A stretch of 64,000 nt of DNA from Stylophora pistillata (lineage: Eukaryota): contig NW_019218491.1 of NCBI RefSeq assembly GCF_002571385.2, positions 45,363 through 109,362 of the forward strand, written 5' to 3'. A program made the position numbers and the translations under genes. Numbering within the stretch: the stretch's first letter is position 1; every line of letters begins with the position of its first letter. This document shows, in pieces, positions 12,347 to 23,041 of the stretch. Under the pieces are notes generated by a model. The model was not told where the DNA came from and did not search any database. It saw only the letters and a program-made list of their open reading frames with translations.

Positions 12347-15300
12347 ATCTTATGATGCTGCTGAGTGCTTTGTAAGTGCCTTGTTGATTCTGGTAGTCTA
12401 AGCTATGATAATCCATTGTGCATGATGTAGTCCAAATAGATTTAAAATTCAAATTTTAATGAAGCATTCAACTTCACATCTTCTCTAACTTGTATATAAT
12501 TTCTTTTGATTCACCTTATCTTTCTGCATAACAGGAGATTACTATGCTGAGATTCTGCCTGCTTCTTTATCATTCTCAATTTCTTTCTTCCTTCAGGAAA
12601 ACATCCTCAGTCATATGCATGCCCTTGTAACGAAGAATGAACATGACGATGCTTGCAATGCTAAACACTGTATATCGCACCAAAAATTTGCCATGCAGGT
12701 TATTGAGCAGGTAATATATTGTAACTTGTGAACTTCCATTTGGGAATCTTTCTGCAATAGGGGGCCAGACTGCTAACATCTTGATATTTCCTGAATGGAA
12801 CTTTGGGCGTGAAGCTCAGCAAGTTGGTTGGAAATTTTTGAAAAGTATCTGAAGAGTCTTTAGGCTAAGACAAAACACTGCATCATACCAGACACTAAAG
12901 TTCTTTTAACTATTTGACAATTTTTTGTTGTTATAATCAGCGGCTTCTTAAATTTTGATTTTGGCTGGCTGAGGTCACAAAGTAGACAGTGAAAAGTGTT
13001 TAACTCCATAGTTCAACTAAATTGTCCTCTTGGCCCCATAGTGATTCAGTGAGTGAAGTATGGAAGAAATAGGATTGAGAAATTTTTTTTTTCTTATCTT
13101 TATCGGGGATTTTGATTATGCCACAAATAAAATGCTATAATCGTATTCCTGAAACTTTCACCTCTCATCTTTGTAAAAACTAAAATTTTTTGAATCATTT
13201 CTGGGATTTTCCGAGGTTAAAATATCTTTAAAACCGACATTTCAGGTTGTTTAAATGATGTCAATGTGGCAGACTGTTTAGTCTTTCAGCTTGGTGACTG
13301 CACATGGCGTTTCGTGATCATTACACGATGTTTAAACGATGTCAGCTTTACACATGGAAACCAGTCCTGAACTCCTTCTTTGATCATGAAAAAAGACTGA
13401 AAAAAGCAGTGAATTATCGAAAAAGTAGAAGTACTTGACAGACCTCAGACCTAAACATGAGTTTATCTCAAGTATCTTTTGTAGGTTGGTGATCCCAATG
13501 ATTCTAAATTTACATTTATGGATCCTGGGTTTTTTTTTGTTTCTCTTTTAGACAATTTGTGAGTGTGGTGAGCAGTCAGAACCTTTGCCATTCTTTCAGC
13601 TTGTACATTATGTATCTGCCTCTGCACTGTGGTAGGTGGAGTTATTGTCTGTTCTCATTTTTGCACTGGTGCTACACTGAGTTGAATCTTATTTGTTGAA
13701 TGACTGAGTGTTCGTTGTTTCACTAGTGGATTAAAATGGATTTGTTTTGTTTGCTTTCAGTGCTAAAGCCAGGAGATTAAAAGGATGGGATAACACAAGG
13801 CCAATTGAAAATCAATTTGGATGTCTGCTTCGTAGAGCCGGACAGGACACCAGAGAGTGCCAAGTAAGACACTAGTAACCTTGATTAACATGTAACTTCT
13901 CCCTATAATATCCATGCATTATCCAGCAAACAGGTAGTATGAATATTCAAACTTATAAGGTAAAAGTTTTTACCTTGATTGTTCTCCAAATTCTTGTACA
14001 GTAATCAATTTACAAGGAAATGTGAAGCAGGTAGAGGCAAGAATTGACAATCAGATCTGGGTTTTTTTTTTACTTGCAAAATAAGACATCACGGACTCGA
14101 CTATCACATTCGACGCACTTATAGAAACTGTAAAAGTAAAATAACAGTGCTTTAAGAATCAATTTTACAGAATTTTAAGAATCAATTTTACAGTTTCTAT
14201 ACGTGCATCGAATGTGATACTCGGGACGTGATGTCTTATTCTGCAAGTAGTTCAAGTTATTCAAATGCATTCCTAACCTCGGCAACTAGTATTTCTTTAA
14301 GATATGGGGGTTAAATGGATAAATAAGGTAAGTCACTTTTATGTCATTTACAATTCTAATCAAATTTGTTTTCTGTTATTTCAGAGTCCAGACTGTAATG
14401 ATAGAGTTCAAGTTCAACGTTTGTTATTAAATTGTCCTGATATTGGTAAGTGTAGGAAATAATTGTATGTAATTATGAAATTTACAGGTCAATGGACAAA
14501 CCAGATTTAAAAAGACTCCATTGCATAAATGATAAAGGACCACTGATATACATTCATCTAAATAGTCTGCTTTCTCAGAAAATTTTGAACTTGCACTTTT
14601 TTATCACAGGCTTAGCAGTTTTTACCCATTGAGTGAGTGACTAATAACCCATTTCAAAATTTACCTTTGGCCTCTTTTTCAAATTCAAGACCTGGTGCTC
14701 ATCCTTTCATATGATAGCAAGTTTTCATTCACATGTAAATGACATTCATTTTCATACACATGGTTGAGCACCAGGCCTTGTTTTGAAAAAGAGGCCAAAG
14801 ATAATTCAGAAATGGCTCATTCATTGACTAGCTGATTGACTGAAACTGAATGAGCAGATGACTGATCCAGTGACTGCTTAAATGAGTGAATGACTTACTG
14901 ACTGACTGATTGATTGAAAGACTTACTGACTGATTGATTGATTGAAAGACTTACTTACTGACTGACTGATTGATTGAAAGATTTACTGACTGACTGATTG
15001 ATTGAAAGACGTACTGACTGACTGACTGATTGATTTTGAAAGACTTACTTACTGACTGACTGATTGATGTATTGAATGATCGAATGAGGTATTGACTAAC
15101 TGACTGATAAATTAATTGTATTGATTGACGTTATTTGATTGATCAACTGCTGTATTACTTGCAGTGAGCGTTGGTCTTATCTGGGACTCTGAGTGTCCGG
15201 ATGCTGAACATATTGCTGATGTTTTACAATGCATTGGAACAACTCTGAAGCTGTCTGATGTAAGTGCAGTTTGTTTTATAAGTGTACTCTGTTTCTCAAA

Positions 15301-18300
15301 AATGACATTTTCCCTTGGGCAACCTGTTCCCTGCATTAATTCCAGTTTTCAATGACTTGAAACAAAAATTGATGGTGTACAATCTGAACCTTTATCTTCA
15401 ATTTTCATTTCTTTTTCTAGCTGTACCATCAAGTGTATGATGAAAAAGCCAAGGATGCCTGTCTGCAGCTGGTTGGCATAGTGACGTATTACGGCAAACA
15501 CTACTCAACGTTTTTTTTCCATAGCAAGCTGCAAACTTGGATTTACTTTGATGATGCCAGAGTCAAAGAGGTGGGTGTGCAGGCTGGAAAGAAAAGCTGC
15601 AAAGGATTAATTTTTAACTTGTATTGCAAGGGTTCTTTTGATGGAACGTGAAATTTTTATTAGTTGTAGTCTGAATATTGTTCTGCCTCGTGTGGTTCAT
15701 GTGAAAATTTACAGAGGTCAGTTGAAGTAAAAAAAAATGTACATTCTCAAGTTGTGTTGAATTTCACGTCCAGCCAGCAAGAATTTCAAATTCCAAAAAC
15801 TAACCCACAACACCCAACTTAATTTACAGCTCCAAAAGTGACCATATTTTGAATCAGTGGGGATTGTCAAAAATTAACAGGGGTTGAATTAATTTTGTGA
15901 GTTTGAATTTATTTGAGAGAGCAGGAATGTGATCCTGCCCACCAACCCACCCCTCCCTTAATCCAATGTTAACCCTTCTTATCAGTGGAGTATTGTTGGG
16001 TTGGGGGAGGGTGGGGGCATATTTGCTCGCATCCTGACTTTGATCCTTAACCTGTATGTTAGAAGATGCAAGAGATAATTTGAGATTAATCAACCATTTA
16101 CTCCTCAAGATCTAATTGTAAATTCTCCCCGCAGGCTACTACATATTTCCTTGTAAATTAGGTATGAGAGTTTGGTGTCAGATCAGGATAACTTCTCCCT
16201 GATAAGTTTGAGTATTCTCATTACCTGTTTGCTGGATAATGTATGGAAATCATAGGGAGAAGTTAGTGGTTAATCACTTAATCACTTGTGGGAGTTAAAG
16301 GTCAATATTTTGCTTCAGATCGGCTCTGATTGGCTGGTTATGATGGAGAAATGCCGCCTGTGTCACTATCAGCCCCTTCTACTTCTCTATGCCAACCCTG
16401 CTGGGACACCTGTGAATCCTGATTCAGCACCGAAGGTACGAACCCTCATCAATGGCACAGTTCACGAGAAGGGAAGTGAAGGGAAACTGTGGGTGAAAAG
16501 TCTTGATACAGAAAGAGGGATAGCCGATGGTGTAAGTGACAGCGAAAAGAGCCCTGTTATGTTCAAAAAATCCAAATCACGCCAAAAACCAAAACTAGAT
16601 AAGAAGTCACTGTTCAGGTCAAAGAAGAGTCTTTCATCCGGAGACGTGTCCAATCCTAAGAAAGAGTTATCACGGTCGCCAAGTAACGCGTCAGACAGCA
16701 CAGCCAGTAGTCCTGGGAAGGAGAGGCAAAGGCCGAGCTTTAAAAGGATTGGAACAGCCATCATGAGCGCAGTGAACCCGGCTCTTGCAGTGTCGCACTT
16801 GAAGCAGACTAAGAAGAAAGGTTCTCAGAAATGCCGACGTTCCTCAACTGGGTCTAGTGAGTCTAGCGGCGACCCTGATCTTATAGATTTGAGGTAGGTA
16901 GCAGTGTGCAATATAGAAGATCAAAGCGTGGATTTTTAGGTGAAGTTCTCTGTGTTCTCTGGTCGTGTGTGTCGTGGTGTCAGCATCTGTTGGGGTTACG
17001 CTCTCAATTTTGTGTGAAAGAGCAGAAACGCAACTGCTCTTGTAACAGAATTAGCAAATTTTCAGCTCTGTTGCAATCATCAGGGACCTTAAGTAAACCA
17101 AACCACGACGTAACGGTAACGAGGACGTGGTAAAAGAAGAGATCTAATTGGCAGAATAATAGGCCAGCACGTTCATTTTAAACCTGTTTACATTTCTTCG
17201 CCAACCTCTGCCCAACAACAACGAGAAATCAGCAAAATTTACGTTGTCCGAGAACGAAAACCACGACGGCCAATTATTTAAGTTGAATTAGGAACTCAGC
17301 GCTGCTCACACACGTGATGTTGAGGTTGTGGTGTGATGCCGTAAGAGACAGTAAACACATCCAGCCATTCGCGAAATTCTTACTATCGATTTCAACTCAT
17401 TTTTTTTAATCGACTTTTTCTTCGCCGTTCTAGTCCGTGACCGCTTAAGGTCCCTTATGTCTTAATTTAAGTTTTCATGTCTCTGTACTTCAAGCGTAAA
17501 ACAGTGAAATGATAGTGGCTCACTGATCTTCTCCCTTTAGTCCCAAGCATGAAGAGGCGAAAATGGAAATCATGAAACTTTACGAACAATCCAAAGCGCT
17601 GCACTCTGCTCAAGTCAGAGCGATGTATAATGACAGTGGAATTAGCTCTACACCTTCCTCAGCAGGGGGGTCAGTTAGCTCAACTGATACCAACCACGGG
17701 GGTAGTGATGAGGACCTCATCGATTTTAACCAGTCATGGCGTCACTCTCAGTACGATAACTGGCCCCCGCGCCCAGGTAAAAGAAAGCGCATGCGTATAT
17801 TGTAGGCATCGTCAATACTTTTTGGATGAATTTGAAAATGAGGTTTTTACTTTGAAAACTCACGAACGAAAACTCTCGTCCACAGCGGAAAACAAGGGTA
17901 CGAGATTGTGGGTAGAAATGTTTGTTCGCGTCCTTGACACGCAGCTGGGACACGCAAGGACACGTACTCGTGTGTGGAAAGCGGAACTCTTGTTTTCACT
18001 TCTGCCAACAATCTCACGGGGGGGGAGTTATTTTTTCGCGCCCCTTCCCTGTCTTGTGTGTCCATTTAAGTTCCAATACAGAAAGCAGCGACGTTAACTT
18101 TTTTGCAAGGTTTCGTGTTCGTGTGAATCGTGAAAGTTAAGTTGCCTTTTCCAAGTCTTTCGGTTTTTAAAAAAGAGCGTTTTCATGGCGTTGTTTTGTT
18201 TGCAAACCAAGATTTACCCCGTAGGGTGAGAAGTTTTGTTTAGAGAGGAAAGACTTGTTGAACGAATCAGAATTGAACGCATCGTCGCGAAAATTAAGTG

Positions 18301-20518
18301 AACCCGATGAAAAAGATGGCATATCTACATAGGAGAAAAGTTCTGTTACTTTGCTAACATTTTGTCTAATTGATTTACTCAGCTGATCCTATTGATCGTA
18401 TCGACAACCTCATTCAACAAGGAGAGCTGTACCTCCAGGCATCACAGGACTGGGAGAATCAATAGGATTTCGTCAAAGCTTTTGATTACTGCAGCCAGGC
18501 AGCTAGTGAGTAGTGTTTTAGTTCGGACTGAGCATTTATCTATTTACGTGAACTAGGCAATGAACGGAATGGATCGTTGGGTGGGGCAGAGCGAATTTCA
18601 CAAGTCAAGGGAAATATCCGTGCAAGAGAACATTTTGCCGATAAACTTTATGAAGCGCGTGAGAGAGATTTTGTTACTAAAAATTAAAGAAATTTCTTCA
18701 TTAAAAATTCGAACGAAGATATCACGAGACCTCTTCATCACAGCCTTAATGGTTCATTCCCACCTAGGGCAATACGACCAACCTTAAGTGGGTTTGGTGT
18801 TCAAGGTTCATTGTAACTATTCAAGTTATGATAATTGTTTTATCATGACAGATAATTATGATAATCACTTTACTTTGCTTATACGATGTAAATAATTTTT
18901 GGCTTAGCAAATTCGTGATAATTATTTACTCATGACAGATAGCTATAATTGTCACTTTTCTTTGCTGCTAAGTTGCCATGATTATTTGGCCAAGGCATAG
19001 TTAATTTATGATTATTGTTTCTTTACCTCAGCTAAGTTTCGAATGGTTACAGAGGATAATAATGCGGACCTAAACAGGAAGGACTACGCTCAAAAGAAGC
19101 GCTACAGTTGCCAGGCACGGGCCAGAAATCTGGGCCGCGTTTTGCAATCCGGTCCTATAACGGACAGTGGAACTGCTTCTGTCAGGTAAACACAATTTTA
19201 GCAAGAAACAAGGTAGATCTTACTATTATGCCGGAGAAGTGGCACGCACGCACATACGCAGCTAGGACACGCAAGGACACGTACTCGTGCGTGAGAAGCG
19301 GAACTCTTTTTTTTTTATTAGAATTTTTGGCATCGTGTGTCGCATTGAAGAATTATCGGAGTTGTATGTTGGATGTCATTTCCTTAGCCTGCAGAACAGA
19401 CGTAATTTTGCGCAGTCAAATGGACTCGCAAGACAGGGTAGGGGCGCGAAAAAAATAACTCCCCCCGTGCGTGAGTTGTGCATCGTGTTTGCCTTGTGTT
19501 CGCCTCCGTACGCCTCAATAACGCCAAAAACATCACCTTTATACTGCAAGGTTTCAATTCCTTGAACTGAGTACAACCTCGAGAATAAAAACCAGCAGAA
19601 GTAGCCCCTCGCTTTAAATATTCCGCAGCGATGCGTGCTTGCGAAATGCAAACCTTCGCGATATGCGCAGTTAAGAAACAGAAAAATCCCCCCCCCCTGG
19701 CTTCTGCTTAACCCTTAAGCTGCCAGAGGTGATTAACATGTTCTTTCTCCTTGCGATTCCAATGTGTTATCTTACAAATAGGTCACCTGAACAGACAAGC
19801 ATATTAGCAAGAGGGTGTCGTATTGATCTTAAACCAATTCTCTCGTCTGATTTCCAGGGAAATGTATAGAAATCAGAAGGGAAGATTACTGATTGCTGTA
19901 GTCGAAATCCACAACCAAACGAGATTCGCACATTTACTAGCGATTCGCTAAAGGCAAATGTACATAAATGAGTTAAATAAACAGAACAGGAAAGAAAAAC
20001 GAAGTACAGATAAAACATGCAAAATGACGGACAAAATAACGAAACTTATAAGATTATGTGGCGACTACGACGACCAAAACATAATAACAACGGCGACAAG
20101 AAAACTACGGTAGAAGAAGCTATGCCAATCAATAGAAACAATGCATAAAAAATGAACACGAAAATATGAAATGTGACGTAACCAAAAATGACTGGCGAAC
20201 CCAATAAAATAACAAATATGCACGAAACAACCGAAAACGGAAACAATTCAAAAGGCGTTAAATTGTACCCGAAGGTGAGGCGTCGTGACTACAATTGCAT
20301 CTTGGGAATGAAAGGGTGAAGTGATCTTCCTCCGCAGTATTCCTAACATTGCAGACAAACAGTTAAACTTTCCGCTATCAATGAATGTCACACACTCAAA
20401 ATTCTTTGTGTGCCAGTAACCGCTGGTGATGCTCTTCCTTTTTCTTTCAGTCTTTCAAGGCAAAAAGAAGAAGAACTCTTACGCCAGCAGAGACAGAGGG
20501 AATCTTACATGATCAGGC

Positions 20519-20561
<43 letters not shown>

Positions 20562-21955
20562 GATGCCTCAGCAGCGACAACCGCCACCAGTACAATACGT
20601 ATGTAGTCAGCGGATCTGTTACTCTATTTCTACGAGTTTATACAAAACTCTACGAAAATCATTTCTTTTCGCTTAAATTGCATGTAGTTTCTTTTTCTGT
20701 GGTAAAACATACAGTGGCGGTTATCGTCTTTATTTCGTTCTTTTTTTTTTTTTTTCGCCTCCGAGAGACCTAGTGACAACTGTTCCGGTTGTACCCACCC
20801 ATCCCAACCCCCTTCCACACCCCCTTCCACACCCTATCAGGGGAACTCAGAGACTGAACAAGACAAATTTTTAAAGATTCGAATATCAAAGTAGTTTTTC
20901 ATCATTCAATTTCTTCTTTACAGATGTCTGTCCAGCGAAGGGATCTACCTGCTAGAGAATACTCCGCCCCTCAAGTTACAGCTCGCAGGGTTCAAGAAGT
21001 ACCCGTGTCCTCCAGTAACGGGAGTTACGTGGATTCAAGATTTAACCGAAGAGACAACTGGGAAGAACAAAACACCACCAGTCTACCCTTGAAAGTAAAA
21101 CCGAGGCCAACTGTGTATTCAAGTGGACATTATGTAAGCAAACCTCAAGGGAACAAAACCGGAGCCAGTGGAATGGGGCCGAGAGTTTGCTCACAGCAAA
21201 TTAAACCAGACCATATGTGCTATAATCCTGTCCATTACGAACGAGAAAGAGAAAGTGAAATTGCTGCTCGAATTCAGAACATTGATATTCGCACTCCGAG
21301 TCCGGAGCCGAGAACGGATTATACTAAGGTTATTCCAGTCGGCGAGAACAAGACGAAGACTTCCGAAAACCGCCGACCTTCGTCTCTGACCAGACGAGTG
21401 TCGAGTTCGATTTACATTTCACCGTCGAATCCGTCTAATTCAAGAGCTCCCACGTTTGATTCTTACGACCCGAAGATTTACCGAAGTAGCGACAATCCAA
21501 AAGCTCCACCGAGTGTAACAATTTCCGGCCCAAGACCCAAAGTATCTTACGTGGGAAATTCAGCTCAGAACTCACGGCTGACAACTCGCGATCGTTCTCC
21601 ATCGCCCGCGCGCTCTGTGGATGGGACGGAAAGTGCTTACCGAGTTCGCGGTTCTTATGGTCAGCGGCCTGCCCACTATGTACCTGCTCCTCCTTACAAT
21701 CCATCACATCAGCGTGAACACCAGAAAAGTTATTCCACATCATCTTTATCAAGACCGTGTTACCCATCAGGTTCGACCGACGATTCATACACGAACAGTT
21801 CTCGTGGCCTCCGGCAAGTTCCTGCACGAATCATCACTGATCGGCCAGTTTGCGAAAGATGCCGATGCGTTCCGATTGAGAGGCGACAACGAGTCTGCGC
21901 TGGTTGTGACCAGGAGCTGATCCAAATCCACTCCAAAACAGCTAGACTCTATTGA
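8570..21955 (+). CDS. USP54: Ubiquitin carboxyl-terminal hydrolase 54/53-like (USP domain, MIT domain, polyQ, disordered tail); one in-frame TAG at 18463-18465
   Basis: 15 exons: 8570-8728, 11624-11800, 12215-12265, 12597-12710, 13552-13631, 13761-13863, 14385-14445, 15165-15259, 15421-15570, 16319-16893, 17541-17776, 18383-18505, 19032-19185, 20451-20598, 20924-21955; motifs [71 protein letters not shown]. Confidence 0.92.
11015..11562. mobile_element. Hairpin + inverted-repeat element, family B, nested in a ~200-bp MITE (10829-11579) and carrying two secondary insertions
   Basis: Similarity to 3349-3669 and 62690-63271; extra segments 11172-11261 and 11317-11401 are absent from the other copies. 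Confidence 0.75.
14071..14249. mobile_element. Palindromic MITE nested near the end of a ~200-bp MITE (13878-14322)
   Basis: Arms TACTTGCAAAATAAGACATCACG...GAAACTGTAAAA and TTTTACAGTTTC...CGTGATGTCTTATTCTGCAAGTA. Confidence 0.7.
14643..14821. mobile_element. Palindromic MITE
   Basis: Inverted arms CCATTTC...TTTGGCCTCTTTTTCAAA...CCTGGTGCTCA / TGAGCACCAGG...TTTGAAAAAGAGGCCAAA...GAAATGG. Confidence 0.65.
14825..15145. repeat. Compound (ACTG)n/(ATTG)n microsatellite with higher-order GAAAGACTT-containing units
   Basis: Directly visible tandem tetramers upstream of USP54 exon 8. Confidence 0.9.
16091..16303. mobile_element. ~200-bp MITE, uninterrupted copy ending just before the acceptor of USP54 exon 10
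   Basis: AACCATTTACTCCTCAAGATCT...GGGAGTTAAAGGTC; same family as 4419-4935 and 49026-49232. Confidence 0.75.
17082..17455. mobile_element. MITE with AGGGACCTTAAG terminal inverted repeats
   Basis: AGGGACCTTAAG at 17082 and CTTAAGGTCCCT ending at 17455. Confidence 0.7.
20518..20562 (+). repeat. Coding (CAA)14CAG polyglutamine tract in USP54 exon 14
   Basis: Pure trinucleotide run translated as Q15. Confidence 0.9.
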
Positions 21956-23041
21956 GGCCTATTGTTACACGGGAGGAGAGAGACGTGCAACATCATGCCG
22001 TGGGTGCCATGGAGGCTTGGTTTTACCATGGTTTGTTTTGTTGTTGAACAAAAAGAAAAAACTCCAAAAATGTAAAAATATTTATTCTGTAACCTTAAAA
22101 AACACAGCACCATTCAATGTGTTGTCTGTACAGTTTCTCCTCACGGCTTGTAGCTAATTATGAAATGCGGTATAGGAAATGAGGGAAAGGCCCATTAAAG
22201 CGGAATTAAAACTTGGAATTTATTGAGAAAACATTCGTCAAGGAAGTTTTAGAATGATGTACCTCCCAAGCGAGGAGATTTATTTCACCTATTTCAGGAT
22301 TATGAAGGCTACGTACGGCTCATGTATTATCACCGAATAGTACCAGAGTTCTCTATTTTTTTTAATAATTTATATATAAATTAGAGACGAAATCCTTTTC
22401 GTTTGTCTGGGTAGGTCGTTAGTTATGGAACGGTATTGGGATCTATTCTTGAGAATGAGTACAACGAAAAGTTATTGGAAAATCTTGGCGCAATCTTTGT
22501 TTATAAAGCGGAAGATTGATTCTAGAGAAAGTAAGCGCGTTTTTTCGTGTAGATTTCGCCCTCAAATGCGAGGGAAGCCAACGTTGTAATTGTACGGTGT
22601 TTGTATATTATCACTACAGTAGTGCAAGAGTTGTTAATAAATTTAACGAGGAATTTAAAGATGAGATTTAATTATTTTAAGGGGCCGCTTTAAGGGTACA
22701 GGATCGTGTGCTGTTTTGGTCTCTACCGTTTTTTGAGTCAATTAATACCTTGAGTTTAAAGAGTGACTAGCATCCACTTTGTCATTACAGTATCGTACTC
22801 GACTCAAACATAAAGGTCGCCAGACTTCGAAAATATCACGCACTTTCTCTATTCAGGACCACTACAGTCCGCCAGCAATTTTTGAGAAAGTCAGCAGAAC
22901 AGCGAACCCCCTCGATTTCAGATCAGGATATACTAGTCTTTTAAGGATGGGTCATTCATGTTGCTAAGGGACGAAAAGAGGTACAACCGCTGACTTAGTA
23001 TGTTACATCGTCGACTGTTTCCATTACGTTCGCGTTCTACA

